Assembly (NCBI RefSeq): GCF_044704955.1
Contig: NC_091984.1
Span: forward strand, 147,312,001-147,376,000
DNA from: Pristiophorus japonicus
Lineage: Eukaryota
DNA length: 64,000 nt
Reading direction: 5' to 3'
In this document: positions 1 through 11,310 of the stretch, piece by piece
How positions within the stretch are numbered: the first letter of the stretch is position 1
Layout: each line of letters starts with the position of its first letter
The notes under the pieces: model-generated
Told to the model about the DNA's origin: nothing
Database searches by the model: none
What the model saw: the letters and a program-made list of their open reading frames with translations, nothing else
Translations under genes and position numbers: made by a program

Positions 1-48
1 AATGATTGATCGATAGATAGCTAGATAGATAGATATATATAGATTGAT
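1..48. repeat. (GATA)n-type microsatellite, degenerate
   Basis: gattgatcgatagatagctagatagatagatatatatagattgat. Confidence 0.8.
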
Positions 49-253
49 ACAGAAATCTCTGTGCAGAGCAAAGAGCCTGAGCACAGTCAGAGAACTGCGA
101 TGGAATAAGTCACTGTATTCCTGTAGAACTGAGGTTACACAGTAGAATTTTAGAAGCAAATTATATCAGGTGATCTTAGGAGAATATAAATTGTGTCTAT
201 TTATTACGGGGGTGGGGGTGTTGCCATGGATACAGAAGTATAGTGGGAAATAA

Positions 254-1766
254 TGTAGAATTTACCAACATCTCGCAAAATCCAGGTACCTTTCCCTGCA
301 GAGGAGAAGAATCCCTTTCTGGACTTTTAAAATGAAAGGAAAACTTTGGGACACAAATGACTTTTAAAGGGGCAGACAAGGCCTGCAGGGGATAAAAGTG
401 GGTGCATTCATGGAGACCCCCAACCCCCCGCAGTGTTTGGACTCATATGAAAGGGAATTTAATTTGGAACTATCTACCAGAAAGTTTGAAATCCTAAAGT
501 GCACATGGAAGAAACTACGAACTTTAATCGAATTTGGGATTTTTAAAAGGTGTATGTTGGGTCTGCAAGAAAAGGGGCCAGTTTGGACATTGGAACTAAT
601 CAAATTGTCTGGGAACTGTATACCCTTGAAACTTGCCCCTTGAAAACATTAGCATTTAAACAATGCCACATACATATTCCAACACCAATTCAACAGGCAT
701 AGAAATATCTGGCTCAGGCCAGACTAGCACAATGGAGAGCTCATCAACTTCGAAAAGCCTATTAACGCCAGATTAAAATCACTTAATCAAGTTTCAGTTA
801 GCTGGGCTAGATTTGATGGGAGATAACGGAGTCTTTTTTTGTGGGTATATCTATTCCCAGTTTTACCAAGGAACAGACTCGAACAGCAGAACACAGACTC
901 AAACACAGACAGACACAAGCAGCCGGAAGTGGGGAGTGAAGAAATGGAATAGTGAAGGAAACTACCAGAAATCATCAAGGACCGACCGAGCACGAGGCCC
1001 ATGAAATGGAAGGTTGTCAGCAACCAAATTGACAACCCGGGCCACCACAACCAGCGAAACGACCAACCAAAACCAACTCAGCAAAAACCGAAGAATCGAC
1101 ATTTATTTCCACTCTACAATCTACTTCGGAATGACCAACGGGTGAGAAATTACCAAAAGGGACTAACTAAACTATTCCTAACCAAAGAAAGTGGGTACTT
1201 ACCCCATACATCCAAAACGCAACTTACCGCATCAACGGACGCACCCCAACCGAAGACTACGCAGTCCGAAGTCCTCTCCTCCGACCGGGGTACGGCTCAC
1301 CTAGAAGGCCAAGTGCAGCGAACCCCAAAACCGCGATTCACTGGCAACTGTCTAAAGAGATTGGTGAGCATGGCCCCTGAACCCACAGAGCTATAACTTA
1401 GTAGTTAGGGGAATTGGGGGAGGGAGGCTGGGATAACTTGTGTAAATGTATCTGCATTCGCCTCTTTACCCCATTTAGAGTTTAAGCTGTATTCTTTTCC
1501 GCACAGACTATAATTGGACAGTTTATTCAATGTGTTGTACCCCTCAGTGTGTATTAGTCTGTGTGAGTTATTAAAGGGTTGCCTTTTACTTCTTTTTAAA
1601 CACAATAAAGCCATACCTGCTTCCTATCTTGAAACCGATTGTCTGTCCAAGTCTGTCACAGTCCCTTCATAATTCCAGTGTCTAGAACCAAGGGTGTGGG
1701 AGCGATTCGGAACCGTTCATATAAGGTCAGAAGGGAAAGCTGACCCCCTGCAAACCACCCCTTACA
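254..1766 (+). repeat. 5' LTR (1513 bp)
   Basis: Starts TGTAGAATTTACC, ends CCCTTACA; a few percent diverged from 8337-9867 (by eye); AATAAA near 1604. Confidence 0.95.
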
Positions 1767-1769
1767 TAA

Positions 1770-1787
1770 TGGCGACCTCGATGGGGC
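1770..1787 (+). promoter_or_regulatory. Primer binding site, tRNA-Arg-like
   Basis: TGGCGACCTCGATGGGGC 3 nt after the LTR; resembles recalled tRNA-Arg PBS TGGCGACCCAGATGGGAC with 3 mismatches. Confidence 0.65.
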
Positions 1788-1840
1788 ACTGGTACAAGGG
1801 ACATGATAAGAGAGAGACTGGTTTCAGGAAACGAAGCAAA

Positions 1841-3601
1841 ATGGAAGAGGGGATTTCCTCGTATGTGTTTAAGAGGGTAAATGTGGCTAAGGAGTGGGTA
1901 CTCGATCTATTGTATGCTGAGCATCCAGAAGATGCTGCAGCTCAATGGACCGAGAGCAAGGACCATAAAAGGTCGAAAGAGAAGGCCATTTGGCTAATTT
2001 GCCTTCAGCAACAGATCCGGCTTCTAGATGAGGAGAATGAGAAATTAAAGGGACTACTGAAACAGGCAGAAGAGAGGTCCAGCGCAAGGGCCACAGTTGG
2101 GGAAAGGCTGTGGACAGAGGTGGGACAGTTAAAGGAAAGTAGAGACCTCACTAAAGAAAGGCACAAAACCCAACTGGACCTTTTACAGTGTCAGATTATT
2201 GAAGCCAAGAATAGCGAACTGGCATTGCGGGAAGAGAATTCCTGCCTCGCCAAGCAAGTTAAAGAGTACGGGGAGAGGGTGAGAGACATTCAGGTAGCCT
2301 ATAAGGTAGCCAGTGCCAGGGAATTTGAGGCAGGAGACCACGGCCCCAGCCAGCAGCAGATCCAAAGCTTGAACCTTGCTCTATCCCGGGCTAAATGCAT
2401 GGTGTGCCTGATAAACCCGGGTTTAGCCCAGGAACACCTGGTTGGGCAAGGAGAAACCCCTCAGTCACTGCCTGCAGCTCCCAGGAATGGCCCTGGGCAG
2501 CAGGGGTGTCAGCCAGAGTGCGGGGCAGGCAAGGATTGCAAACTACCAACACCAGCAGCCCCGAGTTTTAACTCGGCTTGGCAGCAGGGGGAAGAGGGCG
2601 AGCCAATACAAGAAGGGCCGGAACCAGGGCCAATGCACCCGGTCCGGCAGCAGAAGTTTGGCCCGCCTGATGCCAATGGGGCAGCAGGACCCCTAGAAAG
2701 CAACTTCGTAGTCCCCCACGACATCCAAAAACTGAGGGCTATGATAGGCCACCTAAGTAAGCTCACCCAACAGGGGGATCCCTCGGTACACTTCCTGGAA
2801 GTGGAACACACAGGGAATATTAACGGGTGCGATGATTCAGAGCAGGCTAAGTTGTTGCTCTTCTCACTAGACACCAAGCTGTGCCATTCCCTCTCTGCAG
2901 ACAGAAGAAAGGGGCGAAACACGTACGCTACGGTTAAGGAGGAGCTTCTAGAGGCCATGGGTATGAACGACGGGAATCCTTTCTCCCGATTGGAGAAAAC
3001 AGTGCAGCTCTATGGGGAGACTCCACAGGCTTTCGCCGACAGGTTGTTGCCGGTCTACGAAAGGGCCTGTAGTGGGGTTCTTGACCGGGCCCACCTGAAC
3101 CCTAACAAGCTGGCTCACTGGCTCCGCAGCCTGGTGGCAAACAGCTTACCTGGAGTAAAGGCAAAAGCCGAGGTCTGGTTCGATCCAAGAGATCCCAGAA
3201 CCACCGAGGAGACAGTGGTCAGGCAGTTGATCCTGGCTTACCGGAACAGTAGAGGGACAGAGGAGCCCTCCTCTAAAGGGAGGGTCCATGAGATTAAACC
3301 CAGCCAAGGCAAGAGAGAGTGGCATCAGGAAGGTGGGAACCCTCCCCACAAAGGGGGCGAGTGTTTTGGGTGTGGGAAAAGTGGGCACTGGAGGAAGGAT
3401 TGTAGGAACCCCTGGAAAGGGACTAAGGGAAAGGCCACTCCAGCTCCAGCCCGTAAGGCCGGGGCAGGAACACCCGACACATATGAGACACTCGTAGCCA
3501 CCCTACAGACACTCATAAACAGACAGGGAGCAGTAGCTATCGCAACTGGTCCAGCAGACGGTACGGTAAAACCCTCTTCTCCAACCCACCCAGATGCATG
3601 A
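1841..3601 (+). CDS. gag: Gag (N-terminal coiled coil, capsid-like region, CCHC zinc knuckle), uninterrupted
   Basis: Part of the 635-aa ORF; likely start MEEGISS at 1841 downstream of the PBS; CFGCGKSGHWRKDC. Confidence 0.9.
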   Translation: MEEGISSYVFKRVNVAKEWVLDLLYAEHPEDAAAQWTESKDHKRSKEKAIWLICLQQQIRLLDEENEKLKGLLKQAEERSSARATVGERLWTEVGQLKESRDLTKERHKTQLDLLQCQIIEAKNSELALREENSCLAKQVKEYGERVRDIQVAYKVASAREFEAGDHGPSQQQIQSLNLALSRAKCMVCLINPGLAQEHLVGQGETPQSLPAAPRNGPGQQGCQPECGAGKDCKLPTPAAPSFNSAWQQGEEGEPIQEGPEPGPMHPVRQQKFGPPDANGAAGPLESNFVVPHDIQKLRAMIGHLSKLTQQGDPSVHFLEVEHTGNINGCDDSEQAKLLLFSLDTKLCHSLSADRRKGRNTYATVKEELLEAMGMNDGNPFSRLEKTVQLYGETPQAFADRLLPVYERACSGVLDRAHLNPNKLAHWLRSLVANSLPGVKAKAEVWFDPRDPRTTEETVVRQLILAYRNSRGTEEPSSKGRVHEIKPSQGKREWHQEGGNPPHKGGECFGCGKSGHWRKDCRNPWKGTKGKATPAPARKAGAGTPDTYETLVATLQTLINRQGAVAIATGPADGTVKPSSPTHPDA

Positions 3602-6600
3602 CTAAGGCCAGTGCAGCCTGTGTACCTGTGTTCCCTAGAGTACGATGCCTGGAAGAGACCGTGCGTTACGATGGAGGTGGAGAAAGTGAAAGGGACCTAC
3701 CTGCTAGATACCAGTGCTTCCAGCACCCTTGTATATGCAGATAACCCAGCTACCTCACCTCTATCGAACGGGGTCCCGTACAGTCTAGTGGGGTTCACAG
3801 GCAATGAGCAAACTGGTTCGTTTTCCATCCTGCTCACCATTCAGTTAGGGACACTCAAAACCAAATGGAAGTGTGTCCTGATGAAATGGCAGCACAAGGG
3901 AAAAGGGATCCTGGGAGCTGATTTTATCATTGGCCACCAGATCCTAGTGGATCTCAGGAACCACTGTCTATGGGGAGCCATAGTGACTGACAGAGAAGGT
4001 GAGGTGGCGGTGATCCCAGAAAAAGGGGCCAAGGGAACATTGTGTACCGTGAAGCCAAAGGAGGGTTATGACTTGGAATTACTGGTCAGTAACACCCCAG
4101 TGGAGTACCAGGCATATGTACGGGCACAACTTGCAGCATTTGCCACCCACAAACATGACTGTGGTAGGGTAACGGGGGTGGAAGTTAGTATAGTAGGGGA
4201 CCCCATTACCCGACCACAAAAGCAATATAAATTCCCCAGGGAGGCAGAGGCAGACCTGACAACGGCGCTGGGATCACTGGGAGAGCAAGGGGTGTTAAAA
4301 CCGATAGCAACCCATGTGAACTCTCTACTGTGGCCGGTTAAGAAACCGGACAACTCGTGGAGGGCCACCGTGGACTATCGAGTACTAAATAAGAATATCC
4401 CTGCCTGTGCACCCACTGTAGCAGCCGTAGCGGATCTCATAGGGAGTATTCCAGCATCTGCGACCACTTTCACAGTGCTGGACATTTCAAATGGGTTCTG
4501 GTCCATTCCTTTAAAACGGGAGGACCAGTACAAGTTCGCCTTTACCTTTAAGGGCCAACAATACACGTGGAACTGTCTTCCCCAAGGCTTCCACAACAGC
4601 CCCAGCATTTTTCACCAATGCATGGCGAACTGTTTAAAGGGCTTTAGCAGACCCCAGCAGTTGGTGCAGTATGTGGATGACCTGCTCCTGTTCACCGATC
4701 AGGGGGAGGAGCATGGTCCACTGCTGGCTGAGCTGCTGGAGCTGCTAAAAGAAGAAGGGTTTAAAGTAAACCCCAACAAGGCACAGATCGGTCAGAAGGA
4801 AGTCAAATTCCTGGGGCTGACTGTGCGCGCTGGGGAAAGGGCCATAGACAAGGCTAGAAGGGAGGCAGTACAGGAGTTACCAGCCCCCAACACAGTGACA
4901 GGGGTAAGGTCCTTTCTCGGACTCACCGGGTACTGAAGAGACTTCATTGAGGATTATGCAGCCACCGCAGCCCCTCTGCTCAGGCTCCTACACAAGGGTG
5001 CAGAGTGGGACTGGGATGAGGGTTGCGAGGCAGCATTTAATCAGCTCAAGAAGGACTTGCAGACCGCGCCAGCCTTAGGAGCGATAGATGTAGGAAAGGA
5101 GTTTTTCCTGGAGGTGGCAGCCAGCGGGGACAGTTTGAGCTCAGTGCTGCTTCAAGAGCGGCATGGCCAGCTGAAACCAGTGGTTTACTCCTCCAGGATC
5201 CTCACAGATGTGGAGAAGGGGTACTCCAACTGTGAGAGACAACTCCTAGCCACACATTGGGCAGTGAAAAGATCCTTGATCTTCACGGGAGGGTCTCCTC
5301 TAACACTCCTAACCCACCACACACCTACTCAGATGCTCCTAGATGGGAGGATTAAGGATGGGACGGTGAGCAGTGCCAGCATTGCTCGCTGGACCCTGCT
5401 CCTCTCCCAGATGGACCTCAGAGTAGAAGGCCTCCGTGAGCCAAGGCTCGCAGCCAACCTAATCGACCCAGGGAAAGCCCACAGGTGCTCCATAGAAGGG
5501 GTATGGGAGGTGAGCATTGGCCTTCAGGCGGGGTTACGCCCTGCAGGCCGGGACATCGACATGGACGGGTCCAGCAAAGTATCTGCTGGTGAACGACTCA
5601 CTGGGTGCGGAGTCTATGACCCAAGGACAGGTATTGCCCTGGCAATCAAGCTCCCCAGCACCATGAGCGCCCAGCATGCTGAACTGTCCGCCGTAATGTA
5701 CGTCGTGACCCACCCCGAGGAATTCCCTACCTCGTACACGATTTGCTCGGACAGTATGTTCACCTGCAATTCATGTATGGAGTACCTGGCTATCTGGTCC
5801 CATCGCGGATACACGTCCGCTGATGGGAGACCCCTGGCAATCAAGCCCCTGCTGGAGAAAATCATGACAGCGGTGGGGGAAGAGGGAAAGGTCTACATAC
5901 ATAAGGTGAAGGCCCATTCAAAAACCGAACCCCGTGCAGAGGGAAACCAACAGGCTGACAAACTGGCCAAAGAAGGTGCCCGCACGGGAAAGTTCTGGGA
6001 CCCCTATGACACCGGCCGCATAGCAGCGGTCAAGAATAAGAACAGGGCAGCAGAGAGTACAGGGGATAGCCTTGGCCCCGGACTTAAAAACAGTTCAGGC
6101 ACAGGACCCGGTCTGAAAGCTGTCCTGAATGCGCGAGCTAGAGGAGAGAGAGTAGAAGGTCCGTACGGCACAGCAGCCATTAGTTAAGGAAGGCATGCTG
6201 TTTAAAGAGGGACAATGGGTCGTGCCACAGCAGCACCAGAGGGAATTCCTAAAACTGGCCCATGAGGGTCCAGGAGCGGGGCACCCCGGGCCTGAGACCA
6301 CCTGGCAACGTGTGGAACAGGCAGGATGGTGGCTGGGACTCAGGGAGGATGTCCGCAAGTTCTGTGCGAACTGCCTGGTGTGTGCTGCGAACAATCCTGA
6401 CCCCCAGAAAAGGAAGGTGTCCCTAGGACACGTCAGGAGGGTAGAGGGACCATGGCAGTCAATCCAAATTGACTGCATCGGGCCCCTACCCACTACCCAG
6501 GGAGGCTACAAATACTGCCTAGTCCTGGTGGACGTGTTCTCAAAATGGGTTGAAGCCTTCCCCTGCTGAACAGCCACCGCACTAGGGACAGCTAAGATTC

Positions 6601-7775
6601 TAGTGAGGGAAGTGTTCTCCCGGTGGGGACTCCCACAGTATGTGGAGTCGGACCAGGGGAGCCATTTCACCGGGCAGGTAATGCAGGCAACCCTTGAGGT
6701 GCTCGGCATTGACGGGAAATGGCACGTTGCCCACAATCCACAGTCATCCGGTATTGTGGAGCGTTTAAACCGCACCATTAAAGAAAGGCTGCGGAAGGAA
6801 ACGGGAGACTCACCCCAAAAGTGAGTAGAGGTCTTACCGTTGGTCCTAATGGGGAGCCGAGCCAGCCAGTCAAAGAGCACGGGGTATTCCCCATACGAGC
6901 TCATGACTGGCTCGATCATGCTGACCCCCACCCATGTCCTAGCCCCGGTGCTCACAGAAAGTCAGCTCAGAGAGGTGAACCGGGACCGGTTTGTCAGGAA
7001 CCTGTTTGAACACCTCAAATAGATTCACTGGCAGGCTGCTAGTAACATTGGCAGACAGCATCAGAGTAACCGATTGCTGCTAGAACCCAGCAAACACCAC
7101 GAATGGGAGATAGGGGACCAGGTCATGGTGAGGAACTATGCTCGGGTCGGGGTTTTTGAAACATTATATATAGGGCCATACAGCATTGTGGACAAGGCAA
7201 GCTCGATGGTCTATGCCATAAAGCTGCCCCGCCGTACTAAGTGGTTCCACATCAACCAGTGCAAGCTGTACAACCCAGGGTCAGCCAACCACAGAGGACA
7301 GCCGGGAGGGATGAACCATCCTCAGGACAGGGACCCTCCGTTGGCCGCCCCCGACAGTGGAGGGCCCACAGGGAATGTGGCAGGCTCAGAAACCGTGCCT
7401 ATAGGGGCGGTGAATTGCAGTACTGGAGGGGCTATCCCACCCATCGTTTGGGATTCGGACGCACCCTCAGTAACCCAAGCCCTGAGAAGGACACTCCATA
7501 CACCACGGCCAAAGATACCGTGGTCACCGGCAACTGAGCCTCAGCGATTCTACCCTTGGAGAAGGGCAGCCCGACAGGAAAGACCGAAGGTCAGAAGTAC
7601 AGAGGCCGCTCAGAGTCGGGACCACCAGCCAGCCGCCTCCAGCGGTGAGGGTCTCATAGGAGCAGTAGCAATGAGCTTTCCCAGAGACAAGGGTTTCCAG
7701 CTCACCGGCTGCGGGGAAACCCTAGCACCCAGGCGGCTATCAGGTCGCACAAGGCATGGGCCTGACAGGGACTAA
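3602..7775 (+). pseudogene. pol: Pol: protease, RT, degenerate RNase H tether, second RNase H, integrase; several stops and a frameshifted region
   Basis: LLDTSAS; LPQGFHNSP, YVDD; tether FFLEVAAS...YSNCERQLLA...LLTHH; RH IDMDGSS/SAQHAEL/SDS/KVKAH/GNQQADKLAK; IN HHCC, QIDCIGPLP, SDQGSHF, SSGIVER, GPY; stops at 4934, 6567, 6822, 7020. Confidence 0.92.
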
Positions 7776-8327
7776 CCAGGCCACCTGGAGACCGGTGATG
7801 GTTGTACATAGCTCTAATTTTAGTTTAAGGCAGCTGACTACAACATTTTACATTTTAAGGTTTAGTTTAGAATTGAAGTTAATGTTGCAGTAATGTTAAG
7901 GTGATTATTTTGAGTTTGTCTTGTGTGTCAGCCAGCCTGAGAGCAGTTCTCAAGGGCAGGATCTAGACATTACCGGGTGATGGACAAACCTCAGGAGACC
8001 AATTGATGTTGTTTAGTTTTAATCTATGTTTTCTTTCCTGCTGTAATGTGGTTGTACATTGCCTATATGTTGGTGAATATAATGTAACTGAAATGAAATG
8101 TAACTGTGCTGAAATGCAATTGTAGTAATTGAACCCCCTCCAAGCTGGGAGGGTATAAATGTAAAAAGTTTTTACCTGTAAAGGGAAAAGTGTGCATCTA
8201 TGGTGATGTTGCATAAGTGTAATGCATTTTGGCTGTTAGTTTAGCTAATTTACGGGGAAGGTTATCTCTTGGGAGTCAGGAACTTTGCTCACCTCGAAGG
8301 ATGATACCATAAGTGATATGGTATCAC

Positions 8328-8336
8328 AGGGGGGAA
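8328..8336 (+). promoter_or_regulatory. Polypurine tract
   Basis: AGGGGGGAA immediately before the 3' LTR. Confidence 0.85.
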
Positions 8337-9867
8337 TGTAGAATTTACCAATATCTCGCAAAGATTCCAGGTACCTTTCCTCTGCAGAGGAGAAGAATCC
8401 CTTTCTGGACTTTTAAAATGGAAGGAAAACTTTGGGACACAAATGAATTTTAAAGGGGCAGACGAGGCCTGCAGGGGATAAAAGGGGGTGCATTCATGGA
8501 GACCACCCCCCAGTGTTTGGACTCATAGGAAAGGGAATTTAATTTTGAACTATCTACCAGAAAGTTTGAAATCCTAAAGTGCACATGGAAGAAACTACGA
8601 ACTTTAATCGAATTTGGGATTTTTAAAAGGTGTATGTTGGGTTTGCAAGAAAAGGGGTGGAGTCAATATCTAAAGGGCCAGTTTGGACATTGGAACTAAT
8701 CAAATTGTCTGGGAACTGTATACCCTCGAAACTTGCCCCTTGAAAACATTAGCATTTAAACAATGCCACATACATATTCCAACACCTTTTCAACAGGCAT
8801 GGAAATATCTGGCTCAGGCCAGACTAGCACAATGGAGAGCTCATCAACTTCGAAAAGACTATTAACGCCAGATTAAAACCACTTAATCAAGTTTCAGTTA
8901 GCTGGGCTAGATTTGATGGGAGATAACGGAGCCTTTTTTTGTGGGTATATCTATTCCCAGTTTTACCAAGGAACAGACTCGAACAGCAGAACACAGACTC
9001 AAACATAGACAGACACAAGCAGCCGGAAGTGGGGAGTGAAGAAATGGAGTAGTGAAGGAAACTACAAGAAATCATCAAGGACCGACTGAGCACGAGGCCC
9101 ACGAAATGGAAGATTGTCAGCAACCAAATTGACAACCCGGGCCACCACAACTAGCAAAACGACCAACCAAAACCAACTCAGCAAAAACCGAAGAATCGAC
9201 ATTTATTTCCACTCTACAATCTACTTAGGAATGGCCAACGGGTGAGAAATTACCAAAAGGGACTAACTAAACTATTCCTAACCAAAGAAAGTGGGTACTT
9301 ACCCCATACATCCAAAACGCAACTTACCGCATCAACGGACGCACCCCAACCGAAGACTACACAGTCCGAAGTCCTCTCCTCCGACCGGGGTACGGCTCAC
9401 CTAGAAGGCCAAGTGCAGCGAACCCCGAAACCGCGATTCACCGGCAACTGTCGAAAGGGATTGGTGAGCATGGCCCCTGAACCCACAGAGCTATAACTTA
9501 GTTAGTTAGGGGAATTGGGGGAGGGAGGCTGGGATAACTTGTGTAAATGTATCTGCATTCGCCTCTTTACCCCATTTAGAGTTTAAGCTGTATTCTTTTC
9601 CTCACAGACTGTAATTGGACAATTTATTCAATGTGTTGTACCCCTCAGTGTGTATTGGTCTGTGTGTGTTATTAAAGGTGTGCCTTTTACTTCTTTTTAA
9701 GCACAATAAAGCCATACCTGCTTCCTACCTTGAAACCGATTGTCTGTCCAAGTCTGTCACAGTCCCTTCATAATTCCAGTGTCTAGAACCAAGGGTGTGG
9801 GAGCGATTCGGAACCGCTCATATAAGGTCAGAAGGGAAAGCTGACTCCCTGAAAACCACCCCTTACA
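8337..9867 (+). repeat. 3' LTR (1531 bp)
   Basis: Direct repeat of 254-1766; carries a 20-bp segment missing from the 5' LTR. Confidence 0.95.
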
Positions 9868-11262
9868 TAACAGATAAAAGGATGAGGACCCCTGAATTGG
9901 GGACAATAGATGGGGAATCCCGTCTAGTTGCCCTTGAGAAGGTGGGGATGGGGCCACTTCTTCAAACGCTGCAGTCCACCTGGTGAATGTACCCACAGTG
10001 CTGCTCGGCAGCATCTTTCAGTATCGTGACCCCTTGACGGTGCCAGCAAATATCAGCGGGTAATATTTTGCAATGTTGCTGATGTTTTGCAATGAGCAAA
10101 ACCTGTCAATAATTTATTGATCGAAAGTCGGCAGCATGATAAACATTTCGAAATCAAGTCATCCCAAACCATTATTCGTCAAACCACCAATGTATTCAAC
10201 AATTCGAGCAGTGTTTCAGTGAGTTATTAATTTCCTGCCCGCCCTACTTAAACAGAGTTATATTTTAAACTGTGGTGACACTTCATTAACAATTCATTTG
10301 GTTATAAAATGACTGCGAACAAGGCCACGTGTTTCTATTTTCCAGGGTTGTGCAAGGATCGAGACTCAGAAATCAAATGTCCAACATTCATCGAATCTAA
10401 GCACCAATGTTATCAGCTCAAAATAAAAATAATACCATTGCTACTTTACTTTAATGTGTATATTTGATCCACTTTCCATCCCGTCTGTCTCAGGATTGAC
10501 TGCTCGTGCAATGTTCCGAATATTCATATTGCAATGTGTTTTGTACCTGACGGCAAATTTCTAATCATTGATTTTTTGCGGCCATAAGTGGACTTTCTCC
10601 TGGACTTGGTTTCAGGAGCTCCTTGACAACACGGAACTGTGAACGGCGACCCACACAACACAGATTCCCTTTCATTTCCCAGAACTACAGTGTGATGTAA
10701 CACTTGTGACTGACACACTAACAGTTTTGGCCCATCGCCGGCTCTCAGCAGATACTTACTTCCGTTCCCTAGAATACCTAGTAATATAAATCAATGTCAA
10801 TTCAAACCATGTGACTTGTCATGGAGTACAGTTACTGTCAGTCCCAGTTAAAGGTGAGGGAGAGAAGGGAGGCAGAGAAAGTCAGCAGGAGAAGGCCAGC
10901 CCGATTCTCCCAGCACAGCCCGGCTCCCTGTCTCTGCCACAGATCTGCCACTACATAAACTGACAACATGCCACTGTGTGAATCCTCCCATTCTCACTGA
11001 GAGACATCATCCTGATACACGCAAGGTATAACATCACTGGGTCTTTAGTTGTAGGTTAAAAGAGCATTATAATATCAACACACATATTCCAAAGGGAGAG
11101 AGAGAAAAGGGAACAAGTGATATTTCTGAATTTCTGACACTAACCGGAAATCAGCAACAAATACTGAGTGCAGGGCAAACAGCAAGTTCCCAGAGCCGGC
11201 AGAAGGGCAGTAATACAGTGGGCACGGATTCACACAATTAGTAACAGCTTACAGTGACTTGC

Positions 11263-11310
11263 CGGGGACTGTAAGGACTGCAAGAATACAATCACAGACC
11301 ATTTGATACT
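11263..11310 (-). pseudogene. Possible decayed first coding exon of a GPR139/142-like GPCR
   Basis: Reads QMVCDCILAVLTVP-G followed by GCAAGT; parallels the 13237-13336 segment. Confidence 0.25.

Larger units (their letters stand above)
254..9867 (+). mobile_element. Full-length LTR retroelement with dual RNase H and no env (lokiretrovirus/Odin-like architecture)
   Basis: Two ~1.5-kb direct repeats TGTA...TACA, PBS, PPT, gag with CCHC, PR-RT-tether-RH-IN. TSD ambiguous (TAA or ATAA on both sides). Confidence 0.9.

Noticed and set aside
61-250. Immunoglobulin/TCR recombination signals (CACAGT motifs)
   Set aside because: No properly spaced nonamer and no V/D/J-like coding segment.
787-1050. 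Antisense ORF present in all three LTR copies
   Set aside because: Non-ATG start, and the copies are too similar for ORF retention to imply selection.
1694-1840. N-terminal extension of gag in the ORF track
   Set aside because: Crosses U5 and the PBS from a GTG start; the ATG at 1841 is more plausible.
1841-3601. Domesticated gag gene
   Set aside because: An open gag is unsurprising in a young provirus with similar LTRs; there is no evidence of selection from one copy.
7776-8300. env remnant in the first LTR element
   Set aside because: AT-rich with stops in all frames; no signal peptide, fusion peptide or TM segment found.
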